Below are positions 1-13,200 of a stretch of 64,000 nucleotides of DNA, piece by piece. This stretch comes from Chiloscyllium plagiosum (Eukaryota). The stretch lies in contig NC_057719.1 in the NCBI RefSeq assembly GCF_004010195.1, positions 34,845,537 through 34,909,536 on the forward strand. The letters are read 5' to 3'. Position 1 is the first letter of the stretch. Each line of letters starts with the position of its first letter. The notes under the pieces are model-generated. The model did no database searches. It saw nothing but the letters and a program-made list of their open reading frames with translations, and was not told where the DNA came from. The translations under genes were made by a program, and so were the position numbers.

Positions 1-99
1 TAGACAGGGGACAAAACGTTTGCAACAAAAGCTTCCAGCTCGGCGAACAGAACCACAACAACGAGCACCCGAGCTACAAATCTTCTCACAAACTTTGAA
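1..99 (+). mobile_element. 3' end of Penelope-like element
   Basis: Near-identical to the terminus following the GIY-YIG ORF at 34530-34586. Confidence 0.7.
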
Positions 100-870
100 T
101 AATAAAATGGCCCAATAAAATGGCTCAGAGGAGCACTGTAAAACAAAGTATATCAGTGAAGTCCACAAAAAGTTATTAGGTGAAGTGACAACAGGAGTCA
201 GTTTTATATAGTGTCTTAAAGAAGGAAAATCTTAAAGTCACAAAGTAGGTTGAGAAGCAAAGAGGTGTGGAGAAAATATCCTAAAGCTTTGGACCTAGGC
301 AATTTTAGATGCTAACCCCAATGGTGGAGCAACTGCAATTGAGAGTGCACAATACAATAGAATTAGAAGAGCAAGGACATGAAGGGAATCTGCAAAGCAG
401 GACAAGAATGTTTTAGAACGTGTTGTTTGGCAGTTTTGAATGCATGTCACAAGCACAGAATAGGAAGACTGAACGTGATGCCACTTGGTGCCCCTAGGTA
501 GCAGCAAACATAAAATTGAATTTTACATTCAAGGATAAAGATTGTTTTAATTGAAAGTGTAGGAGAAATTAGCCCAATAAATTATAGATCACAAAGGACA
601 ATTCAAAGTGAAATTAACAAAGAGTTTATTAGTGAGGCGATATCGCGGAAGAGAAATTGACTAAGCTGAAACAGCACAGACAGTCTGTCTAGGTAGCGGA
701 AAATACTCTTCCTCAAGCTGAGGATGAAGCCAGGTTTGATAGGAATCTTGTACAATTAGTTTAATTAAAATGGGGAAAGATACAATGTATTTGGAAATTG
801 AGTAATCCAATTACAATGATGATAATTGAAAAACAGTTATCGGAAGAATGTCCTGATTGTCCAAAAGCCA

Positions 871-1870
871 CAAGACATAGGAGTGGAAGCTACGCCATTC
901 AACCCATTGAGTCCATTCCACCATTTAATCATGGCTGATGGGCATTTCAATTCCATTTACCCACACTCTCCCTGTAGCCCTTAATTCCTTGCGAGATCAA
1001 GAATTTATCAATCTCTGCCTCGAAGACACCCAACGTCCCGGCCTTCACTGTGCTCCATGGCAATGAATTCCACAGGCCCACCACTCTCTGGCTGAAGAAA
1101 TATCTCTTCATTTCTGTTCTAAATTGACCCATTCTAAATCTAAGGTTGTGCCCACGGGTCCTAGTCTCCGCACCTAACGGAAACAAATTTCCAGCGTCCA
1201 CCCTTTCTAAGCCATGCATTATCTTGTAAGTTTCTATTCGATCTAGATTACTTTACAGTGTGGAAACAGGCCCTTCAGCCCAACAAGTCCACACCGACCC
1301 GCTGAAGAGTAACCCACCCAGACCCATTCCCCTACATTTACCCCTGCACCTAACACTACGGGCAATTTAGCATGGCCAATTCACCTAACCTGCACATTTT
1401 TGGACTGTGGGAGGAAACCGGAGCACCCAGAGGAAACCCACGCAGACACGGGGAGAATGTGCAAACTCCAGACAGTCAGTCACCTGAGGCGGGAATGGAA
1501 CCCGGATCTCTGGCGCTGTGAGGCAGCAGTGCTAACCACTGTGCCACCGTGCCGCCCACAATCTCCCCTCAATCTTCTAAACTCTAATGAATACAATCCC
1601 AGGATCCTCAGCCATTCATCGTATGTTAGATCTACCATTCCAGGAACCTCCGCTGGACACGCTCCAGTGCAAGTATGTCCTTCCTGAGGCGTGAGGCTCA
1701 AAATTGGACACAGTATTCTAAATGGGGCCTAACTAGAGCTTTGCAGTCTCAGAAGCACTTTGCTGCTTTTATATTCCAGCCCTCTTGAGATAACTGACAA
1801 CATTACAATTACTTCCTTAATCTGCAAATCAACCTTTAGAGAATCCTGGACAAGCACTCTCAGATACCTT
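871..1870 (-). mobile_element. CR1 LINE 3' fragment interrupted by HE1 SINE
   Basis: ORF track TRGHNLRFRMGQFRTEMKRYFFSQRVVGLWNSLP and LGLYSLEFRRLRGD are CR1 ORF2 C-terminal motifs. Confidence 0.85.
1245..1557 (-). mobile_element. HE1-type tRNA-derived V-SINE
   Basis: Head GGGCGGCACGGTGGCACAGTGGTTAGCACTGCTGCCTCACAG, V-domain TTTGCACATTCTCCCCGTGTCTGCGTGGGTTTCC, CR1-like tail. Confidence 0.9.
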
Positions 1871-1983
1871 TGTAATAGTCAATACAATGTAACATCCTGA
1901 CAGTATCAATGAGTTTTTGATGGGATCAGGAGATTTCAGCTCACTTTGCAGGTAGGTGAGAATGTCTCTTTTGAAACAGTAAG

Positions 1984-3610
1984 GTGATTTGGAGATGCCA
2001 GTGTTGGACTGGGGTGAACAAAGTTAAAAATCACACAATACCAGGTTATAGTCCAACAAGTTTAATTGGAAGCATTAGCTTTCAGAGCGCGACTCCTTCA
2101 TCAGATGGTTGTGGAGTTCACAATTGTAAGACACAGAATTTATAGCAAATGTTTAGTGTGATGTAACTGAAATTATACATTGAAAAATACCTTGATTGTT
2201 TGAGTTTCTCATCTATTAGAATGAGCATGATAGTTTCATATGTAAATCACAAGACTTTTTAAAAAAGTTACATTCTCAGGTTAACTGTAACAATTGGTGT
2301 CAGCCTAGATAAGATGTAGATGTTGAAGGTGTTAGCCCCCTGTGTGCCGTGGTCTGTGCCATAATGTTTAGACGGATTCTAATCTATAAAATGAGTTAAC
2401 AGTCTTACATGGATTCATGCAGTTTTTGAGCAAAGTACAATATAACACTGCAATTACAAATTCACCCCACAAATGTATATGTGTATGTGTGCATGTGGGT
2501 TTTTGTGTGTTTGTGTGTGTGTGTCTGTCTGTCTGGGGTGGAGAGTTGTGAGTGCGAGAGAGAGTGTATATGTGTGTGTGAGTGTAAAGTGTCTAAGTCT
2601 GTGAGGGGATGCATGTGTGAGTGTGGTAGTGTGTGTGTCTGTAGGAGTGTGTGAGTACCTATGTGTGTGTGTCTGTGTTTAGGAGTTTCTATGTGTGTAT
2701 AGTGCAATGGTGATCACCTGTAGTGTGACATGAACCCAAGGTCCTGGTTGAGGCCCTCTCTATGGGTATGGAACTGAGCTATCAGCCTCTGCTCGGCCAC
2801 TTTTCGCTGCTGCCTGTCCCGAAGTCCGCTGTGGAGGATGGTCACCCGAAGGTCCGAGGTCGAATGTTCTGGACCACTGAAGTGTTCCCCAACTGGGAGG
2901 GAACACTTCTGTCTGTTGATTGTTGTGCGATGCCCATTCATCCGTTGCTGTAGCCTTTGCTCGGTTTCACCAATGTACCATGCCACAGGGCATCCTTGCC
3001 TGCAGCATATGAGATAGACAACGTTGGCTGAGTCGCATGAGTACCTGCCACATACATGGTGGGAGGTGTCCCCACGTGTAATGGTGGTGTCCATGTCCAC
3101 ACTCTGGCACGTCTTGCAGCGCCTCCTGTGACAGGGTTGTATGGAGCTGTCCTGAAAGCCAGGCAGCTTGCTACAAACAATGATCTGTTTGAGGTTTGGC
3201 GGTTGTTTAAAGAGGTTTGGCGGTTGTTTAAAGGCGAGCAGTGGAGGTGTGGGGAAGGTCTTGGCGAGGTGCTCATCGTTAAGAATGTGTTGCAGGTCGC
3301 GAAGAACTTGAAACAGTAAGGTGCTTCCATTGTTCCTGTCCTGGGTGCAAGGTCCTTGGTGGTGCCTCTCCGCCTGACCTGTTCTTTGTGTGGCTTTGGT
3401 ATTGAGACTACCCACAGGGCTTTGAAACAGCTGTGGGGACGAGGTATTGAGAGTGTGTTTTGGGAAGTGTATTCCCTTGTCTGCGAGTATTGTCTGGTTT
3501 CACTTGTCAGACTGTGTGGTCACTGCTGAGGCATTTTGGGTGTTTCTGATAAAGTTTGGCCAAGTTTGCTTTCCTATGTTCTGTGTGGGCCTATTATGGG
3601 TAGGCAGGGT
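1984..3610 (-). mobile_element. Penelope-like retroelement, 3' part (GIY-YIG endonuclease + pLTR)
   Basis: ORF 2714-3415: C..C CDSANVVYLICC...WYIGETEQRLQQRMNGHR...AEQRLI...GLN; CA-rich 3' region; hammerhead motif at 2073-2107. Confidence 0.88.
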
Positions 3611-4850
3611 GGCAGATCTTTTCCCACAGAAAGGAAAAAGCATATTGTTGTGCAAAGAAAGGTGGCAGATCAGAAGATAAGACATATTTAAAAACACAAA
3701 AGAATGATTAAAAAAATTTAAGAACATAATTATAGAGTACAAGAGAAAGCCAGTCAGAAATATTGAATCACAAAGGAAGAGTTTCTATAGATACTTCAAT
3801 GAGAAAACAATGAGACTGTTTGTCCTATAACAATTTAGACTAGACAATAAGGAAATGTCAGATGCAGTGAACAGATATTTTGCATCTACCTTCAATATAG
3901 AGGATACAAGAATTAACCCAGAAGTAGCAATACATCAGGAAATGGAAGGGAGTGAGGTCAAAGGAAAATCAATCACCAGAGAAGCGGTGCTGAGTAAATT
4001 GTTGGGGTTGCAGGCTTAAAATGTCCAGGCTCTCATGGGTCTTCACTCTAGAGTCGAGATAACTGATGTATTTGGTTTTAATTTTCCAAAACTCTCTTCG
4101 TTCAAAAATAGTCCCAATTGCAAAAGGGAGCAAAAAGGAAGACACAAAGCAGGAAACTACAATCCAGTTGGCTTAATATCAGTCATAGGAAAAATGATAG
4201 AAGCTATAAGAGTTCAACCTAGAAAAGTGTGAAGTCATTCACTTTGGAATGTTGAATTTGATTACAGAATACAGGTTAAAGGCAGGACTCTTGGCAATGT
4301 GGAGGAAGAGAGAGAGATCTTAGAGTCCATCTCCATAGATCCCTCAAAGTTGTGACCCAAGATGATAGGGTTGTTAAGAAGGTGTATGGTGCGTTGGCTT
4401 TCATTAGCAGGGGGATTGAGCTTAAGAGCCGAGACGTTATGCTGCAGCTCTATAAGAGGCCTGGCTAGAATTTTTTTGTTCAGTTCTGGTCATCTCATTA
4501 CAGGAAAGATATGGAAGCTTTAGAGAGGCTGCTGAGGAGTTTTATCAGGATACTGCTTGGTCCGGAAGGCATGTCTTATGAGGAAAGGTTGAGGGAGCGA
4601 GGGCTTTTCTCATTGGAGCGAAGAAGGATGAGAGGTGACTTGATAGAGGTGTTTAAGATGATGAGAGGCATAGATCTAGTGGATAGCCAGAGACTTCTTC
4701 TGTGGTGAAAATGTCTATCATGAGGGGGCATAGTTTTAAGGGGAGTGCAGGAAGGTTTAGGGGAGATGTCTGAGGTATGTTCATTACACAGACATTGGTG
4801 GGTTCATGAAATGCACTGCCAACAGTCGTAGTAGAGTCAGGTATATTAAG

Positions 4851-4972
4851 GAGAAAGTGAGGTCTGCAGATGCTGGAGATCAGAGCTGAAAATATGCTGC
4901 TGGAAAAGCGCAGGTCAGGCAGCATCCAGGGAACAGGAGAATCGACGTTTCGGGCATAAGCCCTTCTTCAGG
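4851..4972 (-). mobile_element. Short hammerhead-bearing element terminus inserted in CR1
   Basis: Same family as 52611-52764. Flanked by TCAGGTA(T/C)ATTAAGGA duplication. Minus strand reads CCTGAAGAAGGGCTTATGCCCGAAACGTC. Confidence 0.75.
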
Positions 4973-5692
4973 TACATTAAGGACATACTTAGATAGGCAT
5001 ATGGAAGTTAATAGAATGAAGGGTAAGTAGGTTAGTGTGATATTTGCGTAGGATAAAAGGTCGGCACAACATCAAGGGCTGAAGGGCCTGTACTGTGCTA
5101 TGTTCTATTATTACAGTTAAAGGAAGGCAATTGTATAAGTTTCAGGTCATCAGGCAGAATTAGTACGACAAGGGAAATAATTGACCAATCTATTTGCGGA
5201 TGTAACACTTGCTGTGGATAAAGGGGAACTGCTAGATATACTGTACTTAGATTTCCAGAAGGTATTTAATAATCTGTCACATCAAAGGTTATTGTGGAAA
5301 ATAAGAGGTGTGGTAGTTGCATATTCGTTCACTAACAGGAAATATAGGCATAAATGAGTCCTTTCCAAGTTGCAGGAGGTAACAAGCAGTGTGCCACAGG
5401 GATGTGTGCTGCGATCTCAACTGTTTACAATTTATATAAATGATTTACATGAAGGTTGGGAGGATATGATTGTCAAATTTTCTGATGTCAAATATTTAGG
5501 AAAATAAGTTGTGAAGAAGACACGAGGCTATAAAAATATATAGATAGGTTAAATGCATGGGCAAAAATCTGGCAAATGGGAGTATAATGTGCATGAATCA
5601 TGAAACATTAGAATGCATGTACAGTAAGTAATTGGGCAAGCTAACAGAACATTACTCATTGTCCCAGAGGAGCATTGGGTGTGTGTGTGTGG

Positions 5693-5735
5693 GTGAGTGA
5701 GTGAGTGAGTGAGTGAGTGAGTGAGTGAGTGAGTG
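5693..5735 (+). repeat. (GAGT)n microsatellite
   Basis: About 10 tandem GAGT units. Confidence 0.9.
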
Positions 5736-7034
5736 ACAGACACAACTGGTGGTGAGTTGAACCCGAGTGTCACCACACCTCAGGTGAGGCGCAAGGGTGA
5801 GAAGGGAGAAAATTCATGGTAACCTGAACCATTGCAGGAATTGAACCAGTGCTGGTTGCATCACTGTGCATTGCAAACTAGCCCAACTGAGCTAACCGAC
5901 CTCTCATCAAGTGATATTTGCAAAGGAATAATCTGTTGACTAATATTCTATGTGGGTTCCCCACCAGGACCACTTGACTCCTGATATTACAGCCTTGTAA
6001 ACATGGACAAAAGGGATGATGCTCAGAGTGACAATGAGGGTGACTGGTTAATATAAAATAAACACAACATGGAATGGAATACAGAAGCAGAGAGGTTGCG
6101 TTTCAATTATATGGAGCACTGGTGAGACAGTATCTGGAGTACTATGCAGCCCCGTACTTTCACTTAAGGGATGATGTACATGTATTTGAGGCAATTCTGA
6201 GGTGACTTTTCTTATGAGGAAAAGTTGGACAGGTTAAGCTTTTATCCATTAGAGTTTAGAAGAGTAAGAGGTAACTTGATTGAAATACAGAACATCCTGA
6301 GGGTCTTGAAAAGGTAGATGTGGAGAGGATGTTTACTCTTATGGGAGAATCTAGGACTAGGTCATTGTTTAATAATCAGGGGTAACCCATTCAAAACAGA
6401 AATGAGGCCAAAAAAATTTTTAGAGGGATGCAACTCTTTGGAACACTCTCCCTGAAAAGTGTTCCAAAAGGAACAGAAGCAGAGTCCTTGAACATTTTAA
6501 AGTCAGAGGTAGATAGATTCTTGTTAAGCAAGGGTGTGAAAGGTTATCACGGATAGACAGGAATTTGAATTGAGATTATAATCAAATCAGCCATGATTTT
6601 ATTGAATGGCAGAGCAGGTTCAAAAGGGCTACATGACCTACAACAAGTCCTAATTCACATGTTCATATGAGTAAATGTATGAGTGGTCAACTTTGGGTGA
6701 CCAAGTAGAATGCAGGAAACCAATAAGGAATAAACTGCAATATCCCTGTCTCGAGGTAATGAAGAAATGAATGAGAGTTTCAGTAGGACATGAGCTCAGG
6801 TAAAAATGAAGTGGGGCAAAAATTTATCCCCGCTAACAATTCTGAGTATCCTTTTCCCATCACGGCAACATTAAGATACCTGAAGTATATTATAACAATA
6901 AATTGAAAGATGTGTCACAGAGGTTTTCTGTCATTGTACAGAATGTAAAAAATACAAGTTTAATAAATTCTGATAAGATAAATCTAGACTTAAAAAGAAT
7001 AGTTCTTATAAAGGGACATACTTACAAATTTTAG

Positions 7035-7040
7035 TTTATT
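7035..7040 (-). terminator. Candidate polyadenylation signal AATAAA of POLE2
   Basis: AATAAA on the minus strand about 190 nt after the stop, in an AT-rich 3'UTR; use is not demonstrated. Confidence 0.5.
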
Positions 7041-7230
7041 ATCAATCTTTCGAAAAAATATGGATCGTTATTAACTAAACCAGACAGACATTCTAAGTTT
7101 AATTTATAAACAAAATCTCCAATATAGATAAATACAAATAAACAAGAAATGATCAAAAATGGAAAAGACATTAATGTGCAAATGTAAGTCTTCAATATCC
7201 AGTCTCTTCTAAGTTTTAAAATTTCGCAAA

Positions 7231-7249
7231 TCAAAGATTCTGAAGTTTA
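7231..7249 (-). CDS. POLE2: POLE2 exon 19 (coding part, stop TGA)
   Basis: tttcag|T AAA CTT CAG AAT CTT TGA = (S)KLQNL*. Confidence 0.9.
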
Positions 7250-10200
7250 CTGAAATGGAAGAAAAATATAATCAGTATCTTTATAAGAATTAGTTGAAAC
7301 TAATTTCTCCATCGATTGAAATGCTAAGTAAAACTAATACACTTTTGTAACAAATTTTAACAAAAACATTTTTTATATCAAGGAATCTAGACATAATTGT
7401 GAATTCTTAGAGACTTTTAAACAAATATTTAATTTCTGTCTCCTGACATATCCTGAGATATAGTTTAGAGGTTTGTCCATTACCTGTCCTCCACAGTTCT
7501 ATTTGAGGGGTAGTATACCTTGAAGCAGAACCCACTTCGAGGAAATGAGCCCTAAAACAAAGAAGTAAAATTTCTATTAAAAGATGTACAATTAATACTA
7601 TAGCTTCTGCCACTGCACCAAATTGGATGTACATGCTCAGCTGGCACCCACTACAACCAACAGCACATGCAGTCTCTTCCACAGGTAACCACACTGTTGT
7701 TATGTTCATTGTCAGATTCTGCTTATGGTAACAAACAAAAATTAAAAGGAAAAGCAGAAAAGAAAAAAGGTGCATTACAAATGACAACAGATGCAGGTGA
7801 GAAATTTGAAAGAACCTGAAGGCAGTTTAGTCAATTAGTACCATGCTCAAACATTAATTAAAACAACACTTTTACATTGAATTCTGAAAACTCACTAAAG
7901 TTATTGGAAAGAAACATGAACATTTTTAAGAGAGCTATATAGATTAGTTATTTTGCTTACATTAGATCAGTTTACAATGTAATAAAACTTTGATGTAGTG
8001 GTTCTTACAGGATTGATGCAAATACAATCTGTATGGACGATGTTGAATGGATCGTATTTGTCAGCAAACACAATCAAGTCGGGTACCGGGTATACAGAAA
8101 GAGCATAATCATAGGCCCAGTAGACTGGACTAACGAACAGTGGGAGTGGTGTTAGATGTCCTTGTGCAATGATGGTCTTGACAAACTACCAAGAAAGTTG
8201 AAGGAAAAATGTTAGTGAACGCATCTTTTACAATCACAGAAAACCTTGACAATGACGTAATATATATTTAAAAAACTGGTTTATAGGAAAAATAACTGCA
8301 CATTAGCTCATCAGTTACTAAAAGATTCTTGTTGAGCCTACAGCCAAAGATTAGATTTCCCACCTAAGTGGTAAAGAGTCACTAATGCAGCTTTGAAAAA
8401 TAAAGTTGCAAGTTAAAGGGTGAACAGATAGATAAAAAGTACACACAAAAAGTCCAATATCAGGTTACATTTTATGTATAGGAAGTTTATGACTAATAGT
8501 TTTAATGAATGAGATACAGTAGGAAGGAAACACTTACTTGGACACTGCAGCAGGCTTTTTTAATCTTACAAAGAGATATTACTATAATATTGTTATGCTT
8601 TCTTGTCAAAGATTTTTTTAAAAATAGTTTAAGTAGCTAAGTAATGTACGGAACATCAAAACAGTTGGTGCAGTTTGCAATTTGCAAAAATAAATAATAT
8701 GCAGTGGGGATGTGGGGAGGTCTGTAGACCTGTAGATAGAATGGTTCCTAAAGTCAAATCGCGTTCACAAAAGAGAAAAATATTCTGTGAAAGGCATTTG
8801 GTGTTTACCTGTGCTAATTTCAAGGTCAACAACCAAGAAAATGCTACCAGTTCAAACAAGTTTAGTAAAATTTATGGGAAAGCCAAAAAAAAAAAGATTT
8901 TCACCGGAGCTGCCACCCTGCGGCAATTAGAAAAGGGTATAAAGCATGTAGACATACAACTACGAAAGAAATAAAGATGAATCCTCCACAGGAGAGGCAA
9001 GCTGCAGATATTCTCTACATTTTATTCATATGATTGCCCCAGAACTTAATACACACTTTGGTCACGAGCACTGGAAATTTTCAAGGTTTAAATTTAGAAC
9101 CAAATGTTGTACCACCATTTTAGTAAAATTTACAAATGAAAATATCTGCAATAAACTTTCAATCCAGTTTTGTTAAAGTGTTGATGAGGTCAGACTTACA
9201 TAATCAAAGTACTTCCTTGCTTCTTTTAAGGACAAGGATTTTAATGTTACAATTTCTGATTAAGTAAATTATTTACAGTTTATATTTAATGGATTTTAGC
9301 CCAGATTGCCATAAACTGATTACAATAAAGGGATAATTTAATTTGAATTATGTTACTACATAAAATTTAACCATTAGGTTCTAATGCACAATAGTTAGGA
9401 TGCTTACGTTTATGAAGAAATATGCTAGTGTGTGTCCTTGACAGAGCAATATCATTGAGCCATCAAATCACTGTTCCAGACATGATGTGATGTAACATGT
9501 CAAGTGACCACTACACCATGACATCTACCGGAAATGTATCGATTGACGGATGTCAGAAAGAAACAGTATTTTGCTTGGTCACTGATAGCTGTATAGCTAT
9601 TCAGTGCTCACTGACTTCAGATCATTTTAAAAACAATACTGGAGACTGGCTGATCCATAGAGAATACTACCCAAAAATTAAACATGCTCTTCAGTAAAAG
9701 GTAGAGGAAAGATTTAATACCCCCCTCAACTGAATTCTTTGCTGCAAATGGCCTTTAAAAAAGGTAAGAAGTTTGCTGTGAGAAAATGAAAATATTACTG
9801 AATGCATATGATTAATGATTTATTTATTTTCTATCAGTTCACATCAGTATAAGCTTTTTAGAGAATTATGTAAAATCTTAAGCACATAACCAAACTATTC
9901 AATCCCAATGAATTCTAATAGTATTCATGTTGCCCATGAGCCTCCTCCTACTTTAATTTTATTTATCCTGTCCCCATTTTCTTCATCTGTATTCATCAAG
10001 ATTTCTATTATTTTTAGACTACAACGTTTACAGGTTAGTTCTATGAGAATATCAAACAGAAAATAAGAGGATCAGCTGGCTATTCGGCCCATTGAACCTG
10101 GTCTGCCATTCAATACGTCAAGGCTGATCCTTTACCTCTACACTGTACTCCTGCTCTTTCTCCATACCCCTTTACACCTTTAGCTTCTGGTAATCTGTTA

Positions 10201-13200
10201 TTTCTTTTTTAAATATATTCAGTTACTTTGCTTTCAGTCTTCATGGGTTCACCACAGTGTGAAGAAAATTCTTTACATCCCAGTCTAAAATTGCCTCCCA
10301 CATACCTGAAGACCATGACCTCTTGATCTGGAACCCCATGCCTCCACATTCTCCATCACATTTAGAGATGGACAATAAATGCTGGCCTAGCCAGCAAAGC
10401 CCACATCCTATGAACATGTTTTTTTAAAATTGGCAACAAATAGAACATTTGAGTATGCCAGCATACTCTGGGAAGAAATAAAACAAGGAAAGTGACACTC
10501 TGAATCATGGCAGAATCACAATGTCATCCAACAGTAATGGCTGATAACACTGAACCAGAACATAAATACATGTATTTTGTATAAAAATCCGAAAACTAAT
10601 TAACAGTTACTCACGTGGTTTGGAATATCCAAATTGCTGCTAGGAAAACGAATACAATTTCTGCACATCTTATTGACCAAATCTTCACGAAAAATTATGA
10701 TTTCCTGTGTACAATATTGAATCCTAACAATAATAAGCACAGAAAATAATGTTTATCTGTTTTGAAGAAAACTAGAATGTGCTCTCAATAATGTGGCCAG
10801 TGAACTGTGAAATGATCAATTGTATTGAACATTTACCTGCAGGGATTTGTAGTAAATACAGAAAATGGAATCCTCTTGCTAAACTCTTCTGTGATATAGT
10901 CAGCAAGCGGAGGTCTTTAAACAAATAAAAATAAAACGATAAAAAGTTTCTGCAATTGGTTCTCTATAAAACCAATTTTACGTAATCTAACGGTGCTTTT
11001 GATTTTTTGTGTATTCAGAAGAATCTTAGTGTTTTGATAGAAAACCACACTTAAAAATTTGTATTGGGAACATTTCAAGAATGTAAAATTGCTAGAATAC
11101 CTTTCATGACCCTGAATACTAAAAGGTACATGGAGCAAAAAGTCAAATACTACTAAGAAATGATGGTGAGCATATCATTTGATATTAGACTCATAGGGTT
11201 AGAGCTGACTAAAATGACTAGGAGGTCAAAAACCGATAACAATGGAATTATTTCATTTAGTCCCATCATCACTCAAAGCTGATGAATGGGAAATAGTAGG
11301 AATTGTACTGTTGGGAAACCAAGTCCAATGGAACTGGACACCATTAATTTTAAAAACAGAAGGAATACACCAAGAACTAGTGATTACCTGGGTAAGATAG
11401 AACCGGGACCAGGATCGTCAGGGCCGGGAACAAAAACAAAGCGGCTACTGCAAAACAAAAGAACATATTCAGATTCTATTATCAAGCATAACGTAGTGAA
11501 AAAACATACAGGTTGTTCTGCTATAATGAGTGTTTCATTAGCGAGAATTCGCTATAACACAGTTGACGAATTGAGGACACTGTTTCTAAAGTGCAAAGTT
11601 TTAAAGCATGTATTGGTTATAACACTATTCCAGCCTTATTACTTTAAATGGTGCTGCTATTACACAATTTTCTTATAACATGGGATTGCATGAGAACGGA
11701 ACTACCATATTATAGTAGAACTGACTGTATCTTCGGAATTTTTTGAAGGATGACTTTTTTTTAAAAAGTCACACGATGCAAAAATATTCTACATTGTATT
11801 AAATGAAATGTTTTACACTGAATAGTAAAGAAGGATCTTTATTCTAATTTTTCCGTGATATAAAATGATGTTGGGATATACTTTGTTTGAAAGTCATTTA
11901 GCTGGAATCTACCAACTATGAGTTTTCGAAGTCCAAAGTTGCCATTGCTAAATCTCTTATGGAAAGCCTAACAACTTCCAGCCCGATATCTTCACACATC
12001 ATTGCCTTTCAGAATAACATTTAATGCCAAAATTCTCATCCATTTCTTTTGTACTTCCAGACTTTTAACATTTCAAAATATTATCTAATATTATCTAAAT
12101 TGGAGAACTGCCATCCTACAACCTTCATAAATTTCAGCCTAAAACCACACCTCTCATATCATAAATGACACAAAAGCTTATTCCCATATCACCTCAGTGC
12201 TCACTGACCTTTTCGTTGGCTCCTGAATTTAAGGTACTCATCCTTGTGCACAGTGATTAATGTTTGACACAAGGACATAAATTGTTAAGTCTGAAGTCAG
12301 GTGATGAAATATTGAACAAGGTAACTCAAATAAATCTATCAAATTTTACAGAAGTCAAAAAGAAAGTGAAATTTAGAGGATGAAACATCAAATCTATCAA
12401 AACTAATGTTTTGAAGATGAATACTTTGATGATTTGCTTCCTCCATTATTTTAACAAGAATAACTACATTCTACTAATGGGCTGATTGCAGGTTTAAAGC
12501 ACTTACTTTTTATGGATATTCGGATATTCACAGATAATATCTGCAAGTGTTTTCAGAGATTCTGAAAATGTGATAAGATCAAATTAAAAATCAAGTTGGA
12601 GTTCTAAACAAGTCAATTAAAAGCTTAAAAAAATTGTATCTCACCTATTAGATTCTTTATTTGGTTGTTTCCATAGGGAGCAGAGGAAAAATTGCCACAG
12701 AAGATGAAGCAAGTGGGCGGCATGGAAGAATAACCTACAGAGCACACAGTGTAACTATATGTGGTCTACACCATGACTGCAGGAATGTTTAATGCAAACG
12801 TATACATATCAAAACTGTACATTTTAATTGACTGTATGCCGGAACAGTCAATTGAAGTAAATTATAAACTTCTATTCAACTTCTTTTGTCACCATTTCTT
12901 AATTTGAGATAACCAATCAATACGTATTAAAACAAAACTATTACATTATAAGCCAGCAGACTTTATGTCAGCAAGCATACTGGTTTCAAGGAAGGTTATA
13001 ACTCTGTCTTCTTGCACCCCCCCCCCCCCCAAGCAACCAATACTCAGGTTTCCAAAAACATTGCAAACAAGAAAAACAGTAAAGTGAAGAAAGAAGCTGT
13101 GTGAATATTGGTTAAGGGCAGGATTGGGATTAATTTCCAACTTTATAAGTTTAGATAAGCTCAGCACCCAATGACAAGTGGAATTCTACGTAATGTGGTA

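Larger units (their letters stand above)
3680..6660 (+). mobile_element. Nested decayed CR1 LINE fragments
   Basis: GNYNPVGLISVIGK, YEERLRERGLFSLERRRMRGDLIEVFK and other RT remnants with stops/frameshifts; boundaries approximate. Confidence 0.75.

Noticed and set aside
1245..1557. tRNA gene or the recurrent [22 protein letters not shown] as a protein family
   Set aside because: These are HE1 SINE copies: a tRNA-derived head and the antisense translation of the V-domain
6437..6468. 11-bp inverted repeat TTTGGAACACT/AGTGTTCCAAA
   Set aside because: Inside a decayed CR1; most simply a local template-switch mutation
9476..9585. Intronic C/D snoRNA (ATGATGTGATG...CTGA)
   Set aside because: No exact box C or terminal stem, and it is antisense to the POLE2 host transcript
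11286..11678. 130-aa plus-strand ORF
   Set aside because: Antisense shadow of POLE2 exon 14 running into a MITE; no recognisable protein
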